This document shows, one piece after another, positions 10,259-21,147 of a DNA stretch of 64,000 bases. The notes under the pieces were generated by a model. It was not told the DNA's origin. It ran no database searches and was given only the letters and a program-made list of their open reading frames with translations. Made by a program: the position numbers and the translations under genes. This DNA is from Tetramitus jugosus (taxonomy: Eukaryota; Protista; Heterolobosea). Numbering within the stretch: the stretch's first letter is position 1; every line of letters begins with the position of its first letter. Location of the stretch: the NCBI GenBank assembly GCA_937625935.1, contig OW569353.1, positions 124,001-188,000 on the forward strand. The letters run 5' to 3'.

Positions 10259-10552
10259 GCTCGCACTGTACCAATCAACATGTGTATCATTGTTGTTATT
10301 CTTATTGTAATCACCGCAATGTGAAGAAAATTGTGTCTTATGATGATGACGATGATAATGATGATACAGATGAAAAATGGCTGTTTGACGCTGCTAGATT
10401 GGCAGAGGCTTTGCGATGCACAGTCGCTGTCGAAAAGCACTCACACATCCATTGTCATTATGATTATTTATATGAAATTGCAGGCAGTCCAATCGATTGT
10501 CGATCACACAATAATAAAATGCTAAAACCAAATTGTACAGTTGATCATGATG

Positions 10553-13500
10553 TTACGTCAATTGTTCGTACTCGACCACAACACCATTGACGGACCTCAA
10601 GCCAGATTTCTTTGCTCGCTGGCTGTCACTCGTTGAAGAGGAGCCAATGGAATCTTCTTCCTCGTCTTCCATCTCATCGCCCAAGTCAAGATCGTGATCA
10701 TCTTTGTCCTCATGATCGTCAAGCATAGACGAGGCGACAACCTTTTTCTTCTGCTTCTCTTGCTCTGCGACCAGCAAGTGACCATACCGAGAGTGGATAT
10801 CCTCTCGGGCCAATAGACCGAGCACCAACTTTCTCCAATTCTTCCTGATGCGCAACTCCTTCTTCTTCTTCAATCGTTCGAGCTTGATGCGCTGATTCTG
10901 CACGTAGGCATCCTTCAACAAATCTTCATACTCACTGCATACGATAATACCTTCAATTTTGGGAACTGATCGTCTTGCATGCACCTCGAATCCTGTCATG
11001 GCTGGAGCATAATCAATTTTAAGCCTTCTTGCCACTTGGGCGATACCTCGAAGGTTGATGTGCACAGTTCCAGTAGGTAGCATTCTCTCATGCCATAAAT
11101 CTACTTGTCCTCTTTCATTCTTTGGAACCATTCCATCCTTGGCCACAGGGGGTTCATAAGCCTTAGTTTGCCACTCACCGTACAACTCACAGTTGGCACC
11201 AGAGCTGAGATGCGATGCTTTGACAACCTTGTAAGGTTTTTCTCCATCGAGAACTTGTCGACCCTCCTTCAACCATCGATCTTTACGATGGAGCGTGTGA
11301 ATATTGGACCTTGCATACACATTATGTTGACCACACTTGCCCAAAATAGGCGGATCAGGAGGATAGAGTGCCTCATACTTTGATATCCACTTCTCGATGC
11401 AGTAGAGAGGATGGGCCTTGTAGGCATCTTGGGTTTTTGGAATTTGTTTCAGCAAGTCATCCGTGATGGTCTTAATTTTCTCTTGCTCGTTTTCGATGAT
11501 GTTTCTTTCATATTCAGGCAAGGACCGATATTCTTCCTCCTTGTTAAAAGTGTTAACAAGGGTTTGGAACCAACCCGTGGATGACTCGAATTGTTGGTGA
11601 CCTGATATCGTGTCTTTTGGTCTTGTTACGAAGAAATTATAGGTGACGTCCCGAATGTATGAATTATTCTTTCCAAAGGCCAAAATAAACACAGGAAATT
11701 CACATATTCTGGTTGATACAGTGGGTTTGTCCTTGGATGAAGAGTTAGTAAACTTAAAGTTGTTCATAATCGATTGCATAAGGTCTTTTTGTTCATAAAG
11801 GTCATGGTCAATTCTGATCCATGTCTTCTGAGCGACCGAGTACATCTCAATCCAGATGTCATTATGATTGGTCGTAGTTGTTAATGATGCATTCGATAGT
11901 TCGAATGGGTTCTTAGATGGCGATTTTCTTTTCTTTTTCATCTTTTGTTCCTTAATGTATTGTTTCAGCTCCTCGTCTGATGACAATACTTCTTGTACTT
12001 CACCATCACTATCACTGTTCTTAGACTTTGAATTCTTTTTCGACCATCGACTGTGAGTTCCATCTCGATTGGAAGAGACACTCTCTCGTTTTCCTTTGCT
12101 TGACTTCGTGACTTCAATCTTCTTGTTCCACTCAAGTCGTTTCAAGAACTGGTAGGGATCAATGACCGATACTTGACGACAGCTGACACCCAAGCACCGA
12201 AACATGGATAGAAATACGATAAAGGAATCGCTGTCTCTTAATTTTCTGTCCTGAATTGCTCGAACTAACTTGCTTTCATTCGTTGTGAGAACAAGGTTAT
12301 TCATATATGAAATACCTGCTTTGCGGTAGTCATCTGCCTCAACTTCCGGTGTTTCAATCTTGAACGTAGTCTGAAACCACTTCACCAGCGATTGAACGAG
12401 AGTGATATCACTCGTTGGAGTCACACTTTTGTTTTTACCTTTTGAGGTCAACCGTGAGGTCCGAGAAGTAGGGCGTTTTTCTTGCCGTGCGTTCTTCTTA
12501 TTGTCCACTTCACCGACCTCCTCTGATTCTCGATAACTACTTGTCATCTTAAGAATATTATCAGGTATCATGGAAAACAACAACCCCTGTATCAATTGAC
12601 TGTCTGCCAACCTGTTTCTTCTTTCATTGTAACAAAAGAAGACAGATAGCAAAGTTTTGAAGGAATCCAAGTCGGACTGCTTTTCATACTTTGTTTTCCT
12701 CTTGACTGATTGATCAATGTTGCTTTTCCTCTTCTTCTTTTCATTGTCTTGACTCTCAGTCGTATCTGATGGCTGTTTGTCGTTTTGCGAGTGACTCGCT
12801 GGTGGAACCGACATGAGCGATGATGTAGACACAGTTGGTTGATTGTATAAATCTAAAACTTGTTCCTCGTCTTCTTCTTGCTCTTGTTGCTCTTCATTCA
12901 CGAATCCTATCATATTATCATCGAGACCATACTGAGTTTCATCATCCATTGCAGATTCAAACTCTTCATCATCGTTGGCATCCATCATGACATCGTGGAG
13001 AGAAGAAGAAACAGATGAATTAGTCAAGGAAACAGATTCAAACTCTTCATCATCGTTATTCTCATCATCCATATCTTTGGATGCTGTTTGTTCTATTGTT
13101 ACACTTGAGCTACTACCAGAATCAATCTTGGCCAACAAAGCTCCTTGCTGCTGTTGTTGATTCTGTGCATTCTGAATATTCTCCTCCATTTCCCGTATTT
13201 GATTCATATCATTCACCAACTTACTCTTTGTCTTGATTTGTGCCTTCTTTGACTTTCTATCCTTGGATTTCTGTACAGTTTTCGCAATGATATCCGTACT
13301 CTTTTGTGTGAGATCACTCACAGTGAATCCATCATCTTCTTCTTCATGTTCAGTGTACACGAGGGACTTTAAGAATCTTTGTTTCTCTTCTTCATAAGTT
13401 TGTTCTTCTTCTTCTGAAGGCTCCACTTGTTCCATTTCTACTTCAGCTTGTTGTTGTGGCTCTACTGCTGGAGCTGTGCTTGAGCTGTTGAGTTTAATCT

Positions 13501-13570
13501 TTTTGGGAGAGGGTTGTTGTTCTGCTGTTGACGCATCATGTTCATTCTTTCCACTGTTCAGTCTCTTCAT
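10553..13570 (-). CDS. XPC: DNA damage recognition protein XPC/Rad4
   Basis: BHD motifs 'YKAHPLY', 'WLKEGRQV', 'LYGEWQT', 'VPKNERGQVDL', 'IDYAPAMTGF', 'GIIVCSEY'; likely ATG at 13570. Confidence 0.93.
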   Translation of the reverse strand: MKRLNSGKNEHDASTAEQQPSPKKIKLNSSSTAPAVEPQQQAEVEMEQVEPSEEEEQTYEEEKQRFLKSLVYTEHEEEDDGFTVSDLTQKSTDIIAKTVQKSKDRKSKKAQIKTKSKLVNDMNQIREMEENIQNAQNQQQQQGALLAKIDSGSSSSVTIEQTASKDMDDENNDDEEFESVSLTNSSVSSSLHDVMMDANDDEEFESAMDDETQYGLDDNMIGFVNEEQQEQEEDEEQVLDLYNQPTVSTSSLMSVPPASHSQNDKQPSDTTESQDNEKKKRKSNIDQSVKRKTKYEKQSDLDSFKTLLSVFFCYNERRNRLADSQLIQGLLFSMIPDNILKMTSSYRESEEVGEVDNKKNARQEKRPTSRTSRLTSKGKNKSVTPTSDITLVQSLVKWFQTTFKIETPEVEADDYRKAGISYMNNLVLTTNESKLVRAIQDRKLRDSDSFIVFLSMFRCLGVSCRQVSVIDPYQFLKRLEWNKKIEVTKSSKGKRESVSSNRDGTHSRWSKKNSKSKNSDSDGEVQEVLSSDEELKQYIKEQKMKKKRKSPSKNPFELSNASLTTTTNHNDIWIEMYSVAQKTWIRIDHDLYEQKDLMQSIMNNFKFTNSSSKDKPTVSTRICEFPVFILAFGKNNSYIRDVTYNFFVTRPKDTISGHQQFESSTGWFQTLVNTFNKEEEYRSLPEYERNIIENEQEKIKTITDDLLKQIPKTQDAYKAHPLYCIEKWISKYEALYPPDPPILGKCGQHNVYARSNIHTLHRKDRWLKEGRQVLDGEKPYKVVKASHLSSGANCELYGEWQTKAYEPPVAKDGMVPKNERGQVDLWHERMLPTGTVHINLRGIAQVARRLKIDYAPAMTGFEVHARRSVPKIEGIIVCSEYEDLLKDAYVQNQRIKLERLKKKKELRIRKNWRKLVLGLLAREDIHSRYGHLLVAEQEKQKKKVVASSMLDDHEDKDDHDLDLGDEMEDEEEDSIGSSSTSDSQRAKKSGLRSVNGVVVEYEQLT

Positions 13571-13805
13571 GTCTCCCCAACAAGTTGTTTTCTTAAGCTT
13601 ATTCTGCTTTTGTGCGCTTTGTTGGAAGAGAGGATCGACTTCCAGCGAACGATAGAACTCTTCATTTTTGCCGCTCAATGAATCCGTGCAATGTTCAACG
13701 AAAAATTCCACACAAACAACACGGTTTTCACCGATAAGCAACAAAATTGCCAGGAAAGACCACCAATAACACCACCACCACCAACAACAACAAACTTTTT
13801 CCCCA

Positions 13806-15407
13806 ATGGTGACCAAAACCAAAAAACAATTGTTCAATGAAATATTTGACAGCACCAACAAGAGTGATGACTATGACCCAGAAGACATTGACTCTTTCGA
13901 TTCCAACAACAACAACAACAACAATAGCAAACAATCACTAATCATTGATGAAGAACAAGACAATAAAATCATTTCGCGAAAATCCGCACTTAGGACCAAA
14001 GCTCAACTCGACGAAGCACTCACCACTGGAAAATACTCTGGTCACAGTGTTCGTCGCTCTGATCTCTTTTCACACACTACTGAAAATGAATTTGAAGCTC
14101 TTCAATCTAGTGATTACATGGATGATATCAAGAGAGCAAAATTGGATTTGGCCATGGAGAGAGAAGGTTTTACTCAAATGGATGATGATGATGCAAGTGA
14201 TAGTGATGATGATGATGCATCAAGAAAACTCAAGTCTCATTTGAGTCAGTTGGCAGTAGACAGTAAGAGTGTAATGGAGAGTATACAAAAGGATCGAATG
14301 AAACAAAAGATTCATGCTCAATCTGTTCTTCATCAAAAAACAATTTATAATCAATTGTTGAAGACGAGAATTTTGTTGCAAAAGCCATTGGTTGTCGCGA
14401 ATCAGTTGCCACAGGGTGATTTATTGTTGAATTATTTGGATCAAACTTCAAACGATGATGAAAATGATGAAAATGAAGAGAGTGTTTCAAGTGAGAAGAA
14501 ACGTGTCATGTGTTCCGAAGTGAGAAGTGAATTGTTTCATTTGTTGTGTGATATGCTCGATATGCAGAGTCAATTGTTGACATCAAACGAAAAGTGTCTC
14601 AATCAAGAATATAGAAGAACAAGCGACGATAGCGAAGATGACGAAGATGAAGAAGCAACAGAAAATACAAGAACAAAGAAAAAGTCTGTCGTGTCTGGTG
14701 AAACACTGTTGAATCTGAGAGAGGCCAAGAGACAAAAATTGGACAAGAGTGGTGCAGTTGCCAAGAAGAACAATAGTAGCAATGATTTCATGGATGATGT
14801 GTGGCAAGTGGTCAACGAGTCCTATGAAATGTATTCGAATTATCGTGAGGAGTCATTGGACAAGTGGAACAGAAAAACGAGAATGCAATCTGCGTTGAAC
14901 TCGAAACAGTTCAAGACGATGAATATGGATATTGTGTCACAGGTCAAGAGCGCAATGAATGACGATAGAATGAAACAGAGAGCACATGTGAAGCGATTCC
15001 CTGAGAAGATTCTCGGTAAGAGAACAAGAGTTGTGAATAGTGATGATGAAGACGACGAAGAGGAGATTGTGCCAGATAGTGAGGAAGAAGTGATTGATGA
15101 GGAGATTTTTGATGACAAGGACTTTTATCAGACAATGCTCAGAGATTTGATCCAAGATGTGGGATCTGCAATTGACAAGTCAGGATCTGCGAGCATGATG
15201 TCCGCCATTCAGAAAGCCAGCAAGACAAAGAACAGAAAGGAACCTGTTGGAAAAACGAAAGATCGGTCAATTGTTTACAATGTTCACGAGAAACTAGTCA
15301 GTTTTATGGCTCCAGTTGAATCTGAAATACCAAAATCAGCTGAGACTCTTTTCCTCAATTTGTTTGGTGGAGGCACAGTTGTCATCGATGATGAAGACGA
15401 AGACTAA
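13806..15407 (+). CDS. AATF: AATF/Bfr2 ribosome biogenesis factor
   Basis: 'RILLQK', 'EIFDDKDFYQTMLRDLI', 'KDRSIVYNVHEKLVSFMAP', 'LFLNLFG' (TRAUB domain). Confidence 0.9.
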   Translation: MVTKTKKQLFNEIFDSTNKSDDYDPEDIDSFDSNNNNNNNSKQSLIIDEEQDNKIISRKSALRTKAQLDEALTTGKYSGHSVRRSDLFSHTTENEFEALQSSDYMDDIKRAKLDLAMEREGFTQMDDDDASDSDDDDASRKLKSHLSQLAVDSKSVMESIQKDRMKQKIHAQSVLHQKTIYNQLLKTRILLQKPLVVANQLPQGDLLLNYLDQTSNDDENDENEESVSSEKKRVMCSEVRSELFHLLCDMLDMQSQLLTSNEKCLNQEYRRTSDDSEDDEDEEATENTRTKKKSVVSGETLLNLREAKRQKLDKSGAVAKKNNSSNDFMDDVWQVVNESYEMYSNYREESLDKWNRKTRMQSALNSKQFKTMNMDIVSQVKSAMNDDRMKQRAHVKRFPEKILGKRTRVVNSDDEDDEEEIVPDSEEEVIDEEIFDDKDFYQTMLRDLIQDVGSAIDKSGSASMMSAIQKASKTKNRKEPVGKTKDRSIVYNVHEKLVSFMAPVESEIPKSAETLFLNLFGGGTVVIDDEDED

Positions 15408-15473
15408 GGTTTTTATTGCCTAGAAGTAGGCATTAATAAATTAAAGGTGCGATAAATTAATAATGTGGTTGAG

Positions 15474-17645
15474 CTACTGTGTACGTGTCTTGGAGGTTAC
15501 CTTGACTCTTTTGTTCTCTCTGATTTCGTTCCAGTATTGAATCTCTTCGGAACTGTGAGCATAAGCACATGCATGAGGCTTTCTTCCGTGATCCTTGTAA
15601 CTCGGGTGGCTCGAGCCAGCATGTTTGCACATGCTAGCCTTCCAGTTCGGTTTCATTTCAATAATTGCTTCTGCCAAACTGATTCCAGTTTTAGTTGAGA
15701 ATTCAACTCCTGACCTGAAGTTCATTTTCCCTTGCTGTATTGCAGATATGGTTTCTCTCAACTGTGAGTCGGTATACAACTGCTTTGCGACCATGGGCTG
15801 AAATATCTCATCCTCGGTTGATGCATTGCTAAGTGGAGAGGAATTGTTCGATGAAGGAGCAGAAGTATTGGAACGAATCTGCTTCTTTGTCACTTTTGAT
15901 TGTTGAGGGACTGGATCACTTGCCATGGCACTCGACAACCAAGAGGAATCAACTGCAGATATGAGTCTTGCATTATTGTATGCCTGTTTGAGTGAAAATA
16001 TTGTTCTTATGTCGTACTTGTACGTGGGCTTCTCGGGATCCAGTGACTCATTTTTTAAACCGAGAACCAAGGCACAATCAACTCTCTCTGAATTTTGATA
16101 ATCTAGGTTGATAGGCAACATCAATTGCATTTCCGCTTTTCCTGAATGTCTGGCAAAGAATGGTACAGCTAACCTTCTGTTTCTCTGTGCTTGAACTACG
16201 GAGAGCTTCAAACCAGATTCGAGTCTTCTTAAGAAAGAGTCTCTGTCTCTCTCTAACTCCTCAAATCCACCACATCTCTCTATATGTTCAAACAAGTGTT
16301 CTTGATCACTATTATGCCAATCGATTTGTAACTTAGGATCAAACTGAAACACTTCCACGGGAGCACCTTCAAAGTAATTATTGATTGTTGGAAGCTCATC
16401 ACTGGGCACAAGAGGAACATTAAGATCTGCGATTTTGATTGTATGACCTTCATCTTGTGGAGGATGAATTCTCATGACAATCTCAGAAAATTGTTGTCCC
16501 AGCGAGCTCTCGAACCTCTTACGTTGTGAGAATTCAGCTCTTGATGAGAACCACTTCAAATGCCAGCGAATAGAAGGTATTTGTACGATGTTGGTCTCAT
16601 ACGGCAGATAGGGAATCATGATACCATAAATATCTTGTGCTGCGCTTGTTACTAAGCCAGTATTCCATATTAAAATGCAGGCAGCCATTGTTCGATCCGA
16701 GCTTAATAGAGGTGGACACCACGAGTCTAACTTGTTCTTATCCGTTGGACTCAAACCCTCAACTTCATCAAGTATTTCTCTTTCTTCGACATGATAGTCT
16801 TCTGTTGCACGAACATAAGGAATCCAGAGTCCCAACACCTTATTCTCTTCTGTACACCTTCGGAATGTGTGATCCAGATAGGAGATCAGCACTTCATTAC
16901 CTGGTCCCCAATTCTCTCCTCTTGCTTTCCTAGTCAACTGGGATATCTGCTCAAAGCATTGGTCATATTTGACCAGACCAATGGTCTTCTTGGTATGACT
17001 CCAGAGAGAACATCGATTCAATGGACCTGGAGGTACGTAGCTCCACTCAGACTCTTTCATGGGTTCATATACCGCACATGATTCCTCTACTTGATCAACA
17101 GAAGATTCCTGTGCGATTGTTGCTTCCACACTTGTACCGCTTTGCTTCAACAACTGCTGAATGTGAAGCGCCACTTTTTTAGAGCTTGCAGTTGATTCAT
17201 TGACACAACAATAATCAAACAGAACACTAAATTGTTGCTTCTCCCTGATATAAGCAGCAGATTGACACAGTAATGTCGCATACTTTTGATCATTGATTGG
17301 TTCATGATCAGTCATGGCATTCATGGTTTCAGTCACACTGACGACGTTTCTGAGGAAAGCTCTCAGATCTCTCCTCGAGAAGAATGGCAGTAGATTCAGT
17401 GCATAGAGCACAACAAGAAGATCAAACAGCTGCACAGGTCTTCCCTGATGAGGTTTTTCACTCAGACACTCCACCAGATCACAGATTTCCTTCTCTGTTG
17501 CATGAAAGCAATGATGAGGCAAGTTGATCAAGGACGAGTAAACATCAGACACGTCCTGGGCGAATTCGCCATAATTTTTGTTGAGCGCCATCCCCTTAAG
17601 GGACCTTACAACATCTCCGTCGTTGTTTGCTTTCAAACTTTTCAT
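15474..17645 (-). CDS. DUF3825-domain protein with C-terminal CCCH-type zinc finger
   Basis: 'LISYLDHTFRR', 'WNTGL', 'RLAVPFF...QLMLPI', 'TIFSLKQAYNNARLI...SSWL' (DUF3825); 'WKASMC...CAYAHSSEE' (CCCH-like). Confidence 0.75.
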   Translation of the reverse strand: MKSLKANNDGDVVRSLKGMALNKNYGEFAQDVSDVYSSLINLPHHCFHATEKEICDLVECLSEKPHQGRPVQLFDLLVVLYALNLLPFFSRRDLRAFLRNVVSVTETMNAMTDHEPINDQKYATLLCQSAAYIREKQQFSVLFDYCCVNESTASSKKVALHIQQLLKQSGTSVEATIAQESSVDQVEESCAVYEPMKESEWSYVPPGPLNRCSLWSHTKKTIGLVKYDQCFEQISQLTRKARGENWGPGNEVLISYLDHTFRRCTEENKVLGLWIPYVRATEDYHVEEREILDEVEGLSPTDKNKLDSWCPPLLSSDRTMAACILIWNTGLVTSAAQDIYGIMIPYLPYETNIVQIPSIRWHLKWFSSRAEFSQRKRFESSLGQQFSEIVMRIHPPQDEGHTIKIADLNVPLVPSDELPTINNYFEGAPVEVFQFDPKLQIDWHNSDQEHLFEHIERCGGFEELERDRDSFLRRLESGLKLSVVQAQRNRRLAVPFFARHSGKAEMQLMLPINLDYQNSERVDCALVLGLKNESLDPEKPTYKYDIRTIFSLKQAYNNARLISAVDSSWLSSAMASDPVPQQSKVTKKQIRSNTSAPSSNNSSPLSNASTEDEIFQPMVAKQLYTDSQLRETISAIQQGKMNFRSGVEFSTKTGISLAEAIIEMKPNWKASMCKHAGSSHPSYKDHGRKPHACAYAHSSEEIQYWNEIRENKRVKVTSKTRTQ

Positions 17646-17824
17646 TTTCCTGTTTGGACGAAAATGAAATGTGAAGAATGTCCGCCCTTATTCCTGCAGC
17701 AGATTGGAAGCTTCGGCCGGGAACTTGAAGCAAGGAAATTTTTGACCCCAGGCAAAATTGTCACCCTTTTTCTTCAAAACATATCACACTATCACCCAAA
17801 GCTAAACAAACACACATTGCAATA

Positions 17825-19104
17825 ATGAGAAGAATTGTTTTGTTGACAGTCGCCCTTTTGGCTGTATTGTTGCTCACCATGAGTGTCAACGCAAAGAAGG
17901 TTAATCGTCGTTCCTTATTGAAGAATTTGTCAGCAAAGAAGAGCTTGCTTGAGCAATGTTCTGACTCTTGTGTTGGCAAGTCTGGCAGAAGCATTGTTCA
18001 ATGCTTGATTGCGTAAGTATCATACTCACTGATGTTTCCTAGGATTTTTCTTGTTGGCTCTTTTTTTTTTCATGTCAGATCGCTTACAATATCGCTCACA
18101 CCCACATACTTTACAACAGTTGCAAGAAGAACAAGCAAATCAAGAAGGCAACCAAGGTTGAAGAACAAGCTGACTATTTCTTCAGACCAAGTTCCTCTCA
18201 CCGTAGAAGCAGCTCTCATAGAAGCTCTCACCCAAGAAGCAGCTCTCACAGAAGTTCTCATCCAAGAAGCTCATCCTTCTTTGCTGATTCCTACTATCCA
18301 AGCAGCTCTTATGTGCCATCCAGCTCTTCTTTCTTTGCTGACTCTTGGTCAAGCTCTTCTCACAGAAGAAGCAGCTCCCACAGAAGTTCTCACAGAAGCT
18401 CCCATAGAAGCTCTCACCCAAGAAGCTCCTCTTCCTTCTTTGCTGACTCCTGGCCAAGCTCCCACGTGAGACCTTCCTCTTCCCACAGAAGAAGCAGCTC
18501 TCATAGAAGCTCCCACAGAAGTTCTCACCCAAGAAGCAGCTCCTCCTTCTTTGCTGATTCATGGCCAAGTTCCTCCAGATACTATCCATCCAGCTCTCAC
18601 AGAAGCAGCTCTCATCCAAGAAGCTCTTCTTTCTTTGCTGATTCATACTATCCAAGCAGCTCCTATGTTCCATCTAGCTCATACTATGCTCAGAGACCAA
18701 GATTCTTCAGAAGAATGTTGAACGATGTCCAATATTTCTTCGGAAGAGGTTCTTCTCACCCATATTATCCATCTTCCTCGGTTCATCCAAGCAGCTCTCA
18801 CAGAAGCTCATCCTTCTTTGCTGACTCTTACTATCCAAGTAGCTCTCACAGAAGCTCCCACCCAAGAAGCAGCTCTTTCTGGCCAAGCTCCTCCCATGTG
18901 AGACCTTCCTCAAGAAGCTCTTTCTTTGCCGATTCTTACTATCCAAGCAGCTCTCACAGAAGCTCTCACCCAAGAAGCTCTCATCACAGAAGCTCCTTCT
19001 ATGCTGATAAGGCTAAGGTCTTTGCTCAACAGAAGCTCAAGAAGCACTTGAAGCCAATCAACAAGCAATACTTGAAGAAGAAGATTATGGCTGCTCAAGC
19101 TTAA
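17825..19104 (+). CDS. secreted Ser/His/Arg-rich repetitive protein, 2 exons (17825-18012, 18120-19104), about 390 aa
   Basis: Signal peptide 'MRRIVLLTVALLAVLLLTMSVNA'; intron GTAAGT 18013 to CAG 18119 restores the frame; 4-Cys motif followed by repeats. Confidence 0.8.
18170..19008 (+). repeat. imperfect coding tandem repeats (SSHR/SSHPR units, FFADS[Y/W] junctions)
   Basis: Recurrent 'agaagctctcac', 'ttctttgctga' and 'tactatccaag' units. Confidence 0.9.
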
Positions 19105-19198
19105 ACATTTGGAATAAATGATACGCTATGAGAATGTCTTGCTCTCCCTTTTGTGTGACAAATTTTTTTGTGGAAGAGTTTGACTGGATGAAGTTGGT

Positions 19199-21100
19199 TC
19201 ACTCATTGTCTTTACTGAGAAACATTCCATCAATCTTTAGGATCTGAAGAGCAGCATTGGTGGCCATTTGCCACTGAGCATACTTGCTTGCATAAGGTTC
19301 AATGATACCCTTTTGGAACATGTCGGCCACCTCTATCGTTGGTCCTAAGTTCTGAGGTATAAAGATACCTAATCTTAGTTTCTCGTTAGTCTTATTAACA
19401 ACTGCTCTCTTGTGCGTCCGTTTGAGCTGATTGAGAGTGCTTACAGGACTTGCCCCTGCGTTCTGGCACAGAGTTAATGGGATCTCTTCGATTGCTTGTC
19501 TGAAACATTGGATAACCATCCGCTCTACAGAGGATACTGTCTGCAGGTCGATTGTGGCACTGGTTGCTTCTCCATCGAGAATCATTTGTAGGAAGACACT
19601 AGCAGATATTTCACACGTTCCACCTCCTGGCAAGAGCTTTGGTTGAGATACAAGAGTGCTAAGGACCCGCAATGTATCATGGAGAGCTCGTTCCAGTTCA
19701 TCAATCGCGATTTGACTAGGTGCTCTCAGGACAACAGTCGAATGTCGATCGTCCTTGGTTTCAGGGCTATTTTCAGTGTACAATATAGTATAGTCTTGTT
19801 CTCCGATTGTGTGAGATTGTACCACATCGACTTGTTTCACGTGTGCGACTGCTTTAGGCTTATCTTCTGCTAAACTTTGGAGTTGTTCATAGGATAGAAT
19901 AGGCGCTATGTGAAACACTTGACACAAATGTTCAATCTCATCCAGTTTCATTGGTACGAGGAGTTCAATCTTTGAGCGTTTGATCCAGTTTTTGGCAGTA
20001 TCAGAAACAGTGGAGCTTAATCCAGATACACTCTCCTGAATGCACAGCAACTGCACACCAATCTTTTTTAAATAAACGACCATCTTTTTAAAGTATGTTT
20101 CTTCCTCTTTGATTAGCCTGTCTAATTGTGACAACGATGGAACATCAATCTTGTATTGGTGGGACGAGATTCCTTTGGCAATCTCCAATTCAAAAGTTAT
20201 CACAGCAACCTTTACCTGCTTTAGATTGAGATGATTTCCAAACATTGACTTCGACTGAAGAACAACATTGTTGCCAGGAACAATAAACGATTCCTCCATG
20301 CTCGTACCACCTCTAAATCCGCTCACCATAGGATTCTCTATCGAAACACCACCTCGAATGACATGAACCCTCTTTTCACTTCCACCACTATTCAATATTG
20401 CGGAGACAGCAATATCAGCGAGTTTTGGCGCCGAATAGGAAGCAATCTTTGAATTGAGACACGTTCGAGCCACTTGCAACAAAACATTTCTATACTCTTC
20501 CTGGAAGGGCTCAATACTTTGCGACAAACCACTACTGCTCGACAAAAAGTCAAGTGCGAGCTGCATTGCTACTGTGTATCCTCTAATGATCCATCTTGGA
20601 TGAACAGAGTAGTTCTTTATGAGATATGACGCTTGATTTAACAATGCACCAGCTAGAATAACCACTGACGTTGTTCCATCACCCGAATCATCATCCATGC
20701 TCACACTGAGCTGTGTCAAAATTTTTGCAGCAGGTGATCGATGATTCACAAACAGTAGAGCCGTGGCGCCATCGTTCGTCACGGAAATTTCACCATCGCG
20801 ATCAATTAAAAGCTTGTCGCGACTCCGTGGACCCAGTAAGCTTTTCATGCGATTGGCCAAGGAAGCACATTCCTCTAGGTTGTTGAGCAGACATTGATAC
20901 TTTGACAGGGAGGAATCAGCACTGGTGACCAACAGATTATCACTAAACAGCCTCTGATTCATTTGATCCACTGTTTGAATCATGTGATGGGCATTGTGAT
21001 GCATGTGAGTCGATGAAGGTAAGGACAGAGTTTTTGGTGGACCTTGTCGCGATCCACCTCGGTGCTCTTCTTCAGGAAATGACTGCTGGTCATCGATCAT
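19199..21100 (-). CDS. divergent group II chaperonin (CCT/TCP-1 family, epsilon-like)
   Basis: 'SLLGPRSRDKLL', 'VTNDGATAL', 'GDGTTSVVILAGALL', 'LPGGGTCEI', 'LKID'; likely ATG at 21100. Confidence 0.85.
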   Translation of the reverse strand: MIDDQQSFPEEEHRGGSRQGPPKTLSLPSSTHMHHNAHHMIQTVDQMNQRLFSDNLLVTSADSSLSKYQCLLNNLEECASLANRMKSLLGPRSRDKLLIDRDGEISVTNDGATALLFVNHRSPAAKILTQLSVSMDDDSGDGTTSVVILAGALLNQASYLIKNYSVHPRWIIRGYTVAMQLALDFLSSSSGLSQSIEPFQEEYRNVLLQVARTCLNSKIASYSAPKLADIAVSAILNSGGSEKRVHVIRGGVSIENPMVSGFRGGTSMEESFIVPGNNVVLQSKSMFGNHLNLKQVKVAVITFELEIAKGISSHQYKIDVPSLSQLDRLIKEEETYFKKMVVYLKKIGVQLLCIQESVSGLSSTVSDTAKNWIKRSKIELLVPMKLDEIEHLCQVFHIAPILSYEQLQSLAEDKPKAVAHVKQVDVVQSHTIGEQDYTILYTENSPETKDDRHSTVVLRAPSQIAIDELERALHDTLRVLSTLVSQPKLLPGGGTCEISASVFLQMILDGEATSATIDLQTVSSVERMVIQCFRQAIEEIPLTLCQNAGASPVSTLNQLKRTHKRAVVNKTNEKLRLGIFIPQNLGPTIEVADMFQKGIIEPYASKYAQWQMATNAALQILKIDGMFLSKDNE

Positions 21101-21147
21101 TTGTTTGTTGTTTTTAATTTCACATAAAAACTTTTGAGGACTTCTGA

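Noticed and set aside
10282-10590. 102-aa ORF downstream of the light chain
   Set aside because: Non-ATG start, no motifs, lies between convergent genes; probably UTR
13571-13861. Hydrophobic N-terminal extension of the XPC ORF overlapping AATF
   Set aside because: Artefact of a non-ATG start in the ORF track; this is the divergent promoter region
18032-19098. Alternative-frame and antisense ORFs over the Ser-rich repeat
   Set aside because: Shadows of repetitive coding sequence; only the spliced frame connects to the signal peptide
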